A stretch of 64,000 bases of DNA from Setoptus koraiensis (lineage: Eukaryota; Animalia; Arthropoda), in NCBI GenBank assembly GCA_048013815.1, contig CM106585.1:1860001-1924000 (forward strand), read 5' to 3'. The notes below the pieces were generated by a model, which was given only the letters and a program-made list of their open reading frames with translations, made no database searches and had not been told where the DNA came from. Below, piece by piece: positions 1 to 15,200 of the stretch (position 1 is its first letter; every line of letters starts with the position of its first letter). Position numbers and translations under genes: made by a program.

Positions 1-2191
1 GTGAGATGCTAATGATGGACGAAACTAGCCAACTTTGCACAAATTACTAATGACTTACCTGTGTGTAGCTCATTGATACTGTCTCACTGTTGCCTTGTGT
101 TGGCCACAATGCATAAATTGCAATTGAGGCATAAAGTTGGCACAAAGTGGCGCCCGCCACACACCTCACCGCGCTTACCTGACTCAGCTGACTCACCTGG
201 CTGCCCGACTGACCATTGTTATCGTGTTGGCGTCGCTCATGACGCAACCGTAATTGTTTATATACATACGTATGTATGTATATTTGTTGTCTTCTTTAGT
301 CGTTTGCATTGTTTCTGGCGCGTCTGTCGTGGTGATTTTTGTCAGTCAGTTGCGCTGATGTTGTTGGCTGTTGTTGGCTGCGGTTGCCTGCGGTTGGCTG
401 TGGCTGGCATCATCTCGCCGCAACTTGTTTGATCGCGCCATAATAAGCCTAATGAGTATGACCTCACAACTACTGACTGTGAGAAATGCGCTCTCACAAG
501 CGCAAACAATGCAACACTGCCAACTCTTGGCCAACAAAATCTAAATTGGCTTGCAATTCAAATTATATTACGCAATTCGCCATCCCATCGGCCATATAGA
601 GTAATGTGCGCTCGGCAGGACAGTCCTGCCCAGCGCACCATTATCGACACATCATCATCATGAGCGGTTTTTGTTTTCTCAGTTAGCTCTCCTCTATTCA
701 TTGGCCTGACTAACTAACTAACTAGTTAGTTAGTTAATTAGTTGGCTATTCACAAAATCAGTTTATTAGCCAGTTAGTCAGTCAGTCAGTTCTTTAGTCA
801 GCTGGGTGTATTGGCAGTTGAACAGAACAGGTGAGACAATAGGGAAACTGGTTGATTTATGTGGTCCGTGATTGTTTGTCTATCCCATTAGCAGTCGTTG
901 TCCTTGTTGTTGTTGCTGTTGTTGTTGTCGTGCAAATGGTCCCACTGAACGAATGAACGAATGTATGGCGACGGTGTCAAATGGCCAAACTAAACTAACA
1001 AGTGCCACAGACGCAACATTGTGCATTGTTGTTGAGTATTGGCCGCTTTGATAGTGGCAGTTGTAGGCAGTTAGTCGCAACAGTGGTAGGCAGTTAGCGA
1101 GAATATGTCAGATGTAAACAATGTTTGCGCACAAATGCAAATTAAGCGAATTCGGCCCATGCCAATGTTGCCAATTTAGTGGCGCTTTTGCCACTCGATA
1201 AGATCTGTTCGAGTGGCCAGCGCGATGATGATCACAAATGACACATTATTTGCGAGCACCATAATTGGCCCACACAACTGTTACGTAATTGTGTGCTACC
1301 TTGTTAGTTAGAATTGGCTGTTAGCCAGCCAGTCAGTCAGCCAGTTAGCCAGGCAGTGCGTTTATTCATTTGCATTTTATCAGTTCACTAGCAGTTCACT
1401 TTATATTTGGCAACTTAATTACCTGACGAAAAGCTTACATAAGCAGCAGCAGCACATGAGGCGTACATTAGTTGCTCTCTAATGCGCACTAATGATTAAC
1501 TATGACCAACGCCAACACTAACTAACTATTAACAGTGCAGCCAGTAGGAGCAGTCAATTAATCGAGGAAATTCTTTCATTAATCGTCGGCCAATGACGAC
1601 TGTACATAGTGAGAGGTAGTTGACAGTTGAACGTTGACAGTTGAATGCTGACAGTTGACAAGTCGCAATTTACCAGTCACAAGTCAACAGTCGACAGTCT
1701 GCCAGTGCAAACGACTCAACAATCAACAGCCTGTCCGGTGGTGAAGTCACAATGATGAGAGACAGACCAACCAGCTGACTAACTTTTCAATTCAATAATG
1801 ACACTTGTTGCAGCCTCTGGTTCAATTGTTATAATGCGACGCCAGTCGGCTAGCCGGCCGGCCGGTTGGTTGGTTGGTTGATCGTGCCAATTGCAAATGA
1901 GCAATTTGAATGAGCTTTGTTTGTTTGTTTGCCAATCAGTGATACAATGCGAAAACAGTTTTTAGTTGTTGGCACCACTTAAAAAATCAATTGTCCCACT
2001 GCGTCATCGATGGCGCGCAATACCCACCAAACTGTGCACTTTGCGCTCATTCCGTGCCAAGTAAGCGAGACTGCCAACCTTGTTCTGGGTTCCTTGCTCT
2101 GGGTTCCAGAGTTTGGTAAATTGGCCTATTATATCATATAATTTACATGCTGACAAATACGATTGGATAAGCCGACTGCCGCTGTGCGCCG

Positions 2192-2282
2192 ATCCAGCTC
2201 GCACTGCGCCCATCCAGCCCGGACTGTGCCCATCCAGCTCGGACTGTGCCCATTCAGCTCGGACTGTGCCGATACAGCTCGG
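2192..2282. repeat. Tandem repeat, 20-bp unit ATCCAGCTCGGACTGTGCCC, ~4.5 copies
   Basis: Units start at 2192, 2212, 2232, 2252 and 2272. Confidence 0.9.
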
Positions 2283-2809
2283 CACAGCGGCGCGACAGTG
2301 AATGCGTATGACAACAGCCACGGTGACAAGCTTGGCGAGCCGAGACAAGGTTGACAAACGGAGGCATCGAGGGTGACAATTTATTATTATTGCCAAGCCA
2401 TTATCGGCAATCCGTCCAGTGAACAGTGCGACAGAGTGCAAGGCGTTTAAACGGCTCAAGTGAGAACACCGAGGCCATTTAGACAGGCGCCATTTCGAGC
2501 GGATAGGCACAATTTATAGTAAAGTGTTTGTGTGTTTAGGCGTTTATGTGTTTTATGGATGGCGGTGGTATAATGGTTGTGCGATAAGGTGAGCACAACT
2601 AATTATAAATTATCTGCCTTATCAGCTTGTTTGTGTTGGTGTTGTCAAAGAGATTATCGCTTCGCAGGCGCTCCCATCTGAATCGGCCGGCGACTAGCCG
2701 ACGCTCGCTTGGCGCAGTGTGTGACTTGCGACAGTTGTCTGGCATTGTTGCGGGCGCCAGCGAACAGTGCGAAGGCCAAAACAAGTGGGCGAACGCTCGG
2801 TGGCTGGGC

Positions 2810-2892
2810 GAAGAATCGAGCGAAGAATCGAGCGAAGAACCGAGCGAAGAACCGAGCGAAGAACCGAGCGAACAACCGAGCGAACAATCGAG
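2810..2892. repeat. Tandem repeat, 12-bp unit GAAGAACCGAGC, ~7 copies
   Basis: Read directly; explains several spurious ORFs. Confidence 0.9.
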
Positions 2893-5800
2893 AGAATAAA
2901 CGAGCGAGGAACCGGGCGAAGACTGCGCAAAGAATCGGGCAATCGAAGGTGCCAATTTAAATTATGAGCGCATCATTGAGTCGACTCGGCCAATCATATC
3001 AGTCATAATTTGTGAAGCCGCTTGCCGTAATAAGCGACAATAAGTTAAAACAAAGACGCACAACCAGTGGTAGTCGCTGTTGTTGTTGTTGTTGTTGTTG
3101 TGAGTGGTAGTCGCTGTTGTTGTTGTTGCTGTGAGTGGCAGTGAGACCAAAACTGAAACAAACAACAACATTAACACACTCACCGCAAGCTGGCAAATGG
3201 ATGATATGACAGCCAGCGTAATAGCGAGCGACTTTGGCAAGCCAAACATGCCAATTGGCACCAATTATAATTGCATACCATTCTCACCTATTCAATCTGT
3301 GCAACGCCAACACAACAGTCGACAATTTTCAGTAATTTCCTGATTAAAACTATACCCACAGAGATGATTCTCAGTCGTCACGATCGTCGCTGCGAGCCGC
3401 CAGCCGATTGTTTATTGCCTGCCAGCCAGCCGCCATTGGGTAGCGCAAATAACTTATTTGAAATAAGTTTAGCTGCCAGTTTAGCCGGCGGTTTGTGTGC
3501 AAGCCGATAATTATCTCTCTCTCTCTCTCTCTCTCTCGGTCTCGTCGCACCGCCTAGCCACTTGTAGCCGGCGCGAGCGAAGCCAGTGTGATTATAGGCA
3601 AATGATAGCGGCGGCGGCGGCGGATAAATGAACGCTCGTCATGATCACTCGTGGGTAACTTTTATTTTATAAATAAAGCCAGCCAGTGCGCAGACATTTG
3701 TTTTGTCATCCATAACAACGACAGCAGCAACAACAGCAACAACAACAATGGGGCCAACTAAAACAATTTGATTATTGCTGAGCCAGCCACTCAATAAACT
3801 GACAACCGTTTGGAGCGCACTCCGGACTGGCCGCCGTCGACAGCATCGATTCAGCGGGCTCGATATCAACGATAATATGATAATAGACAGCGGATAAGGG
3901 AAGTGAGGGGCCCCTCTTATTATCCGCACACGGTGTGTGTGTGTGTGTGTGTCGGCCGACCTTTAATGCACTCAATGACAATATGTGGCTGCTCGCGCCA
4001 AATAAAGTGGCTCTGTGTTTGTTGCAATGCAACTAATGCATCGGTGCCCGCTAATTTGGGGGCCGCTCGCCCTCGCCGTAAGTAACGATTTATTGAATTT
4101 GCCCATCGCAAAGTGAGTGCAAGTTGGGGCTCCCTAAGTGAACGTGCGCTTCATTGAATTCGTTGAACCGGAGCCCGGTAGTGGGCACTAATCAACATTA
4201 GGCTCCATTATCTTGTAATGGCGGAATTATCTGATGAGTTGTAGGCGATTGTCGGCCAATTGTCGGGCACATTTGTCGGCAATCACCAGCTATTTTGTCT
4301 TATCGTCTGCGGGCTGCCCTTATCGGGTAACTGCGGCCCAGTTGTGTGCGAGCCACAAATGACTCAGCCGGCGCCTCTCGGGCGAAGTTTGCAATTCGCA
4401 AGCGCGCACACAGACAAACGAGGGATAAAACGGGAGATAGATAACGACGGAGCCACAACAACCGAGCCACAACAACCGAGCCACAACAACGGAGCAACGA
4501 CATAGCAACAACCGAGCAACAGTGGGAGAGGAGCCGGCCAGTCTGATCGGCAGGCACAAGCGAGTGCCACAATGATCGATTGGGGTCAGCACTGTCAAGT
4601 CAATTATGCTAACTCATTTTCACTAACTAATGCTCATCATCGATACTAGCCGCTGATTGCGGCCAATTGTGGCCACAGTGCACAGGTAATTACTGACCAC
4701 TTGTCAGACTGATTACTGTAATGTGAATATGCGCGCATCACGATTTAACACCATGCTTTTGCACCGACGGGCAACAATGAGCCGCGATTTCAATAATTGT
4801 TTGCGGCTTCTTATATGCTCATCATCGTATCGGCATAATTGCCAACTATAAGCTGACGGTCGAACGAAGAGCTGACGATCCAATGAAATTATTATAAATT
4901 ATTTATAAATGAGTCACTTGCTGCAGTTCATTGTGAGAAAAGAATTTCGCCAATTATGGTCAAGTATTCCGAGGATTTATTGCTAATCACGATTGTTTGT
5001 GATGGAGGCAAATTGCAAATTGAAGTATAATCACACAGACAGCGAGCCGCCTGCGACCAGACCACTGCTGCGGCTCTTTGGTTGACCTCTTTGGTGACCC
5101 CAAGGTGACCGCGACACCAGCGCCAACAACGACAACAACAACATCAGCGACAACGGCAACAACATCGACAACAACAGCAACAACAGCAGCAGCGATAACA
5201 GCAGCAACAACGGCGACAACAACAACGACAACAACAACGACAACAACGGCACACAAGGTGACGGCACCGCAACTTATAAATTGTGCGCTCGTTTGTCGCC
5301 CAAAGGAGCGCGACAAGCGCGCAGATTCATCAGCCAGACACACACCCTTGCGACGGGCGGCCTCATGCCGGCTCACAAGATGCGGGATTAAGAGGGCGTG
5401 CCGGCCGTGGTCGGGCGAGAGCGCGGCGCGGGGCGGCCAGAGGGCGCAAAGTGGCCGCAGTTTGGTTAGCAAAGCGGCTTCTGGCAAACGGGCGGACGCG
5501 CGCAAAGGCGACCGAAGCAAGGCGAGGACGGCCGCCGAGGTTAGGGCGAGCCGGATTGGTGTTTGATGGCGGCCGGATCGTTGGCATGAGCGAGCGGGCG
5601 CAAAAGCAGCGGCCAAAAGTGTATGGTCGAGTTAAGAGTCGATAGTCAAAAGTTGAGCTGAAAGTCGAGAGAGTCGAAAGTCAAAAGAATGTCCAGGTGA
5701 TCGATCGATCGCTTGTCTTTTATCGGCTGGCCAGATTGAAAACAATTCAGATCCGACGATTTGGTCGGCGCTGGGCCGGCATCACATGAAACGGACACGG

Positions 5801-6400
5801 CCCAGTTACCTTGTTAGCGGTGAGACGCTCACGCTGGCCATAACAGGTACTGATTAGTTACTTCCTCTTTGTTCAATTTTTCTAGGTTGTTTCGGTGTTG
5901 CGGTTGGAAACAATGGCACGAGAGCGCACCAGTCAAACAGTGACGGACTTACGTGCTTTAAATGATGGATTATTCAGAATTAGAAGAAGATATCGACAGC
6001 AGCAACAACAACAGCGGCAACAACGGCCATCGAGTGGGCCAAAAGTGACCACTGCTGCTAATCACTCTCTTTGAAACATAACGGTTTTGTTCGCTTCGGA
6101 CACTTGATCACTCTAGTGCAAGTTTGGTGTGTGCGACGACAACCAATTTGTTGCTGTTGTTGTTGTTGCCGCTGCCTGCCGAGTGGGGCGCTGAATGGCG
6201 CTCGCCACAAACAACAAACTGACCAATGGCTCTGATTTAATCCGAGCCACATCAATATCAATTTTCGGTCGCCTTGTCAGTGATAAGTTATCACAGATTT
6301 GTTGTTGTTGTTTCCACTTGAGTGTCGAGCAATAATTTCAATTGTATTATTACTTGAGAGTGAAGTGATTTAGTAGTGGACACAGGTAACAAACAACAAC

Positions 6401-6478
6401 TATATAAGTTGCTGCGACCCCCTCACAAATTGTTTGTTAGGGCGCGTGAGCATGCGCACTAGGGGCGGGGCCAATTGG
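6401..6478 (+). promoter_or_regulatory. Candidate BarH promoter elements: TATATAA (6401), GC box GGGGCGGGG (6462), adjacent CCAAT
   Basis: Motifs are seen about 500 bp upstream of the ATG. The TSS is unknown and short motifs occur by chance. Confidence 0.25.
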
Positions 6479-6945
6479 GACATTATGATACTCGCTCACT
6501 CACTCACTGGCTATAGTAACAACAGCAACAGCAACTGCCAACAACAACCACTGGCCATTTACTACTGTTGTTGGGCCACTACAACTATCGGCTTACAGAT
6601 TAACAGATACAAACATGATACCAATTTATCCAATTACAATCATTAACAAGTGCCAATAGACACACTATGACAGACGCCAAGTGCAAGTCGATCTATAACT
6701 GGCACTTGCGCAACAAAAGCCAATTGAATCGTACAAACAATTTGTAATAATCACTGCAAATATTACAAATTAATCCTAATCCTTGCGAGAACAAATAACC
6801 AATTGACGCCGATTGAGCAGACGCAATCAAATTGAATAATTAGCTAAATCAATCAGCTGTGTGAGCCTATAAACAGCCGAGAAACACAACGAACATTCAG
6901 CACTGAACACATCAATTAATTAATTAATCAAACGTCGAACATTGA

Positions 6946-9099
<2,154 letters not shown>

Positions 9100-9113
9100 C
9101 TGCTGAGAATGGC

Positions 9114-9409
9114 AATAAATGATTGAATCGGCTCGAGTTTGTAGCTGTTTGTCTGTGCTGGCACACATTAAGAATATACAGATATACGAATATCCAAATG
9201 TATAAGTGTATGAGTGCATGGATATGTCGATATGTAAATATGCGAATGGATATTGTTGTTTGTCGATTGTTTCTCAAGCAAATGTGTGTGTGTCGGTGTG
9301 TTGCGTGTGCCATAATGCGATCTTAGACGGATATTATTATTATTACTGTAACTATATGTATATAATGGGCATAATAGTAGCATATGCATGTATTGTGTAT
9401 TAAAATAAA
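9114..9409 (+). terminator. BarH polyadenylation signals, proximal AATAAA 9114-9119 and distal AATAAA 9404-9409
   Basis: Two canonical hexamers downstream of the stop at 9099. Confidence 0.5.
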
Positions 9410-9930
9410 CAGCTCAAAGTCACGGCGCTTGTCAGGCGAGCTGGGCCAATATTTGATATTAACTAAGCGGCGGCGATTGTTAGTTTCTTTTTGCCAGCAA
9501 CTTGGCGACAGATAATCGCTCTGGCTGGCAAACTTTTCTGGGCCTTTCTCTCTCATCTCTGGCCGAGTCTCCGGCCGAGTGTCCGGCCGAGTCTCTGGCC
9601 GAGTCTCTGGCCGAGTCTCTCTGGCCGAATCTCACAAACTTGCGGCTCACAAGCTGTGAGTGCGCTTGAACGTGCTGCTGTCGGTTGTTGGCCAAACTAT
9701 ATTATTAGTAGTTTAGCGTGTGTCAGACGGATACGGCCAGACAGATCGGTGCACAGGCACAGAGACAAACCGACAGACGGATAAACCGACAGACGGATAA
9801 ACCGACAACAAGCAGCGACACTGTCCAATCAGGAGTGCGCAATCATATAATTATTCAATCACCTGTAAACGTCGCGCATTTACCTGTGCAGTCCTCACTG
9901 CCTGGCACATATGCCAGCCTGCACAGGCAC

Positions 9931-10076
9931 ATGCACCAGACTGCGCGGGTACATGCACCAGACTGCGCGGGTACATGCACCAGACTGCGCGGGTATATGC
10001 ACCAGACTGCGCGGGTATATGCACCAGACTGCACAGGTATATAACAGGTATATAACAGGTATATGTATGACAGGTA
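9931..10076. repeat. Tandem repeat, 22-bp unit ATGCACCAGACTGCGCGGGTAC x5, grading into ~11-bp ACAGGTATATA units
   Basis: Units start at 9931, 9953, 9975, 9997 and 10019. Confidence 0.9.
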
Positions 10077-10947
10077 TATGGAGCGGGCGACAACTGGGCC
10101 AGACTGCGCCGCTTGTTTTGCGCCAATGTTGTCGCGAATTGTGCCGCTCTGGCCGCAATTGGCCCGCTCGATAACAAGTCGCGCCAGCCGAGACGGTAAA
10201 TGATCATTTAAATGTTGGCTGTGTGTTTGCATTTACTCACTTTGCCCACTTTATCACTTACTCGGCTCGCTTGCGTTACTATTTTGTGAAATGCGCGCCA
10301 CAGATCCCTCAAATGAGACCGTCCGGCACTCGAACACTATAATAACGCGGTCAGCGCGGACGGTGCGGATAATACGCATAACGCGGCCGGCACAACGCGG
10401 CCGGCAGAATACGGGATAATGACACTCACTCGACATCATTACTACCTGTGCCGCGTCGCATGCTGAGTGTGACGCCATTGCGCCCACAATATATGCCCGC
10501 ACTCTGCAAACAATCGCCCGACACCGACAAAAATATACCGACACGCCCTCTCACATCAAACTGACCGGCGGCCGGCCGGCCGATTCGATTTGAGTGGTCA
10601 GCTGAAAGTCGGTATATTTTTGTATATTTAAACGTTGTCGTCGCTCTCAAATTGAGCCAATTTGATGATACTGTTTGTACTTGCGCTGCCCTCTAATATT
10701 TGCTGCGGCCAACACTGGCGGCCAATACTGAATTATACACTCAGCTGACTTTGTCATTTCAATATATAATCTGGCATCGTAATGATGACCACATGCAACA
10801 TCTCTGCCGCATTTCTGTGCCCGTTTGTGTCCATTTTCGCCCGCTTTCGCCCGCTTTAGTCCATTGTCGCCCACTCTTGACCATTCGGGCAAAAGTGTGG
10901 GGCGGCACAGCTTGTCGGTTCACCTGTCAAGCTGTGCCGACTTGGCG

Positions 10948-11003
10948 AGTTTGCGCCGACTTGACAACTGGCCAGTTTGCGCCGACTTGACAACTGGCCA
11001 GTT
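10948..11003. repeat. Exact 26-bp tandem duplication AGTTTGCGCCGACTTGACAACTGGCC
   Basis: Copies start at 10948 and 10974. Confidence 0.85.
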
Positions 11004-11505
11004 GGTGCCTCCCCAAGCGACAGAGAAGAGAACAAATTTTGTAAATTGTAAATTGTCGCACACAGTGCACATTTACAGTATGCAAGTTGCATCTGACAGC
11101 CGCCTGATCTGCATAGCAATGCCATGGGGCTCGTTTGTCCACTGTGCGGTGTCGTGTGTGTGTGTGTAATCTGCAACAATGTCGCCATTGTTGCAGTTTT
11201 GGCCGAGTGGCGGCTTCTTTTTCTCTGTCTCGTTGTTCTCTGTTGTCTCTGATAACACAGTATGTGCCGGCAGCACCGACAAGTGCAACTGGATCAAAAA
11301 GGGCCGCTCATTTATGCGCAGATATGCCGGCAAGTGGCACACAAGTGCGGCACAGCACACTGTGACAGGTGCAATGCAGTCTCAACATTGGCATAGCGAG
11401 CGCACTAATTGAGAGAATAGCCACTAGAGTGCAACTAGCAATTGAGCTGACAGCGCACAGTTGCTCGATTGCCAACACTGACATATCGCACACTGCAATG
11501 CAATA

Positions 11506-11660
11506 CCTGATGATACCCTCACAGCACCCTTATGACACCCCGATGATACCCCGCTGAGACCCCGATGATACCCCGATGCGACCCTGATGACACGCCGATA
11601 ATGACTCGATAACAAACTGATGGCACCCTGATGATACCCTGATAACAGCCTGACAATACC
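11506..11660. repeat. Degenerate ~11-bp tandem repeat (GATGATACCCC-like)
   Basis: About 11-bp periodicity over ~150 bp. Confidence 0.75.
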
Positions 11661-11796
11661 AGGCAGTGGCCACAAATAAAGACTGGCTCACAGTGACTTT
11701 GTGCGGTAAGCTCGTGCATCCGGTAAAGCACAGACAATGCACACATTGTGTTGCACTCGATTGTGTATAAGGCACGGCCGGCACAGGAAGGGCGAC

Positions 11797-11862
11797 CAGG
11801 TGAGCAGAGGCGAGCACAGGTGAGCACAAGCGGGCACAGGTGAGCAGAGACGGGAACAGGTA
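11797..11862. repeat. 20-bp period repeat containing CAGGTGAG x3 and CAGGTAAC
   Basis: Cores at 11797, 11817, 11837 and 11857. Confidence 0.85.
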
Positions 11863-13080
11863 ACAGTGGCGGCCGGCGCGAAATTAGTCAAGTGCAGTGG
11901 CAGTTGTCAATTATTGTTGCAATGGTCCGATTGTTTGCTTCATTGTTTTAGCGGCACATGCGGGTGGACGCGCAAGACAATCGGAGACGATATAATTGCC
12001 AATTGATATAAATAGATAATTGCCGATTGAGCCCTAATCACAGGTATTGCTCATCCGACTTGTTACATGTAAGAATTCTATGGAATTCGCCAGAGGAATT
12101 GGCAAAGAATTGGCGACAATTGTATGGCTGTGGCTGTGGCTTAAACCGGCAACAAAGCGACCAGACTAAAAGCAGTTGCCACTAAAAGCAAGTGATTGCA
12201 GCCAATAACAAGGACGGGGGGAAACCAGTTTTAGCTCGTCACGCAAACCGACAGTATCGCACACTGTTCAACAGTGACTGTTGTGTGTGTGTGTGTGTGT
12301 CGGATAAAACGATTTGCATACCAGGCGCGCACAAGCAAGAGTGTCGCCAATTGTGCAAGGTGAAACAATCGAACGTCCAAGCAATCGCTCAACCAATAAT
12401 TAAACCCATCGGGCCGGTATCGGCGACACTATCACTGATACTATCACTGATACTCACTGATCACTGACAGTATATCCGCGGCATGTCGGCGGCATGTCGC
12501 TTACGTAACGTACGCAACCGATATGCCACACACACTCATTTATTTCACAAGTCACTTGTCGGATAAATTATCTGGCAGTGTCAGCGGTTGATTCACTACA
12601 GTTGGTGTGCGACCATCAATCGCGAGCAGTGTTTGGTTTGTTCGGAAGAGAGACAAGAGATTTTTTACTTTTATTTTTGCCTTTGTTTGCTCTGTCCACA
12701 ATGGCGCAACAAGATAAACAAGGCGACTTGTGCACTTGTCGGCGCTCTCGTCCAGCCACTGGCTCACTCAATGGATTCGCCGTCCGGTGCGTTGTTCGCG
12801 GCGGCCGTTGCGTAATGGCATCGTGTCGCGCCGGTGGCCGGCATTGTTGGCAACAGTGTCGCCAGGGCTTGTTTGCAAACTGTGTTGTCTGTCCGATGTT
12901 TGTTTTCAATGTGTTTATTCTCATGCTCTACGCTGCCACTGGCAACACTTGCGAGACTGCTCACCGCATACAGCAGTCAGCGCATGCAGTGGTCACTGCA
13001 TTGAGTGGTCAGCGCGTAAAGTGGTCAGTGGAGAGTGGGCAAAAAGAGGCTAGCTTTGCAGTGTCATCATGTCACATTGT

Positions 13081-13175
13081 CAGCTGATGTGGTCAGCTGA
13101 TGTGGTCAGCCGATGTGGTCGGCCGATGTGACCAGCCGATGTGGTGGTCAGCTGATGCGGTGGTCAGCTGATGCA
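13081..13175. repeat. Tandem repeat, 13-bp unit CAGCTGATGTGGT, ~7 degenerate copies
   Basis: Read directly. Confidence 0.85.
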
Positions 13176-13236
13176 GAGTGGTCAGAGGCCAATAAAGAAT
13201 GTGTCAATTGGCGATAAGCGACCCCAATTGTCGCCA

Positions 13237-13238
<2 letters not shown>

Positions 13239-13272
<34 letters not shown>

Positions 13273-13282
13273 GTGTGTGTGT
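13239..13282. repeat. (GT)n microsatellite
   Basis: About 20 GT units with one interruption. Confidence 0.95.
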
Positions 13283-15112
13283 GGTCAGTTAGTGGCCAGT
13301 TAATTACCTGTGGCCGTGTTGTGATTCACAAACAGTTGGCTGCAGCTTTGAGCTTCGTGGGGTGCAATGGTCATACTAGCTGTGTTAGCGTGCAGATAAT
13401 TGTAATTATGTGCTACACGCCTGATGGCGCCATTATGATTGCCTGGCGTTGAGACTTTCAATGAGTCAATTGGAATTGTCATAATAACTTGAGAAATCGC
13501 TCACACTGTGCTCACCGCGGGACACCCGGCCCGGCCGACAGTGTCGTTGCTCATCGCGGTGGCCGCCGCCGGTCGCAAACAAACAAGCGCAACAAACACA
13601 AAAACAAAGCCCAACATTCCACGCAATTTCGCTCAATGAAATGCCCGTCTTCAATGAATGCAAATGACTCGAACAACAAGTGACAAGTTGCACAATTCGC
13701 CGAATTCTTCATATTCTTTGCGCGACACATTGTCGCATACATTGTCGCATGCATTGTCGCACACATTGTCGCATACATTGGCGAGCGAGCGACACGGCGA
13801 GCACGAAGAACGCGAATAACGCGAATAACATAAAGAATATGAAGAACACGAAGAATATGAAGAGCACGCAGAATACGAAGAATGTCGCCTGGCCGTCGAA
13901 GCCGCACAGGCTGGCAACGCGAACGCCGAGACAAGAGGCGAAGATTGGAAGCCAGCAGCAGCAGCAGACAAACAGCGACGGCTTGTCATGAGCGGCGACA
14001 ATTATTAAATTTAAATATGAATAAATACCTGCGAATAACCGGCGATGCCAGCGAGATTAGATAGTGGCGATGAATGATGTCACCGGCTCACACAAGCGCT
14101 CGGCCGGCGTCAACATAACGCAAACATAACGCAAAAAACGCCAACATAATGGAGGCAAACGCATTATCAACATGCGAGCAGCATAATGCAAACTAATGTT
14201 AATTTGACAACATGCAAGCAGCGGAAGCTTAATTACATTAAGTCGGTTGTATTAATATTCGCCATTGTAATTACCAATGCAATTAATGTGTGCGTGCGTG
14301 TGTGTGTGAGAATATTCAGATAATGAGAATATTCAGATGAGTGACCGCTGTCCGATGCTAATTTATTGCCTGTGCCTAATTATGGTGTGTGCCAGTCAAT
14401 TAGCCGGCCGGCCTGCGCACTGTTGTTGTTTGTTTTAAATCTAATCGCAATGTTTATGTTTATCCGACTGACCGGTCTAAATGACAAACGGCCATTATGT
14501 CAACTGCCGATATGACGGCACCAACCGGCGCCTATAATCGGCAGCCTCGATCCATAATTGGGCTCGTTTCTATAGGGTCGGGCATTGAGTGGCGAGCGTT
14601 GAGCGGCGCAAATATCGCAATGTCTGCGCCAATGTCGTGTGGCCGGCATGCCGGAATAGTGGATCGCAACGCAGGATCGCAATGCCGGGTCGCAACGCCG
14701 GGTCGCAATGCCGGGTCGCAATGCCGGGGGCCGGCTGAGCGCGCTCTGTTTGTCCGTTTGCAAATTGACAATTTGAACCAATTTGAACATTGTGACACAA
14801 TTGGACACATTGCAATATTCGGTATTGGCCACCGTCCGCATGTGGCGCCACAACCGAACAATGGGCGCACAAACAATTTAATTTATGCGATATCTGCAAT
14901 TATAATAGAGACCTCGACGGGGCCGGCAGCAACGAGGGCAACGAGAGCAGCGAGGGCAACGACAGCGGCGAGAAGAACGCGAACACGGCGAAGAACGCGA
15001 AGAACGCGAAGAAGAAGGCGAAAAACGGGAAGCGACCGGACGGGCGCAAAAAGAGGCGCAGCACGCAGCGCTAATAGGCGATAATCGGGCCCCAGGTAGT
15101 GATAGCAGATAG

Positions 15113-15200
15113 GCAAATAGCGTGGCAAGCAGAGTGGCAAACAGTGTGGCAAACAGTGTGGCAAACAGTGTGGCAAACAGTGTGGCAAACAGTGTGGCAA
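15113..15200. repeat. Tandem repeat, 12-bp unit GCAAACAGTGTG, ~7 copies
   Basis: GCAAACA at 15137, 15149, 15161, 15173 and 15185. Confidence 0.9.

Noticed and set aside
47-250. Cluster of minus-strand donor-like motifs (CTTACC/CTCACC) suggesting exons
   Set aside because: No recognisable peptide and no consistent exon chain could be assembled.
4987-5616. 209-aa minus ORF and overlapping 162-aa Thr-rich plus ORF
   Set aside because: Driven by (ACA/CAA)n microsatellite and GC-rich low complexity; no domain or convincing splice structure.
5800-6050. Splice-like signals and short peptides (MDYSELEEDID; TCYGQRERLTANK) upstream of BarH
   Set aside because: Could be a 5' UTR or upstream exon, but the signals conflict between strands and no in-frame join to BarH is supported.
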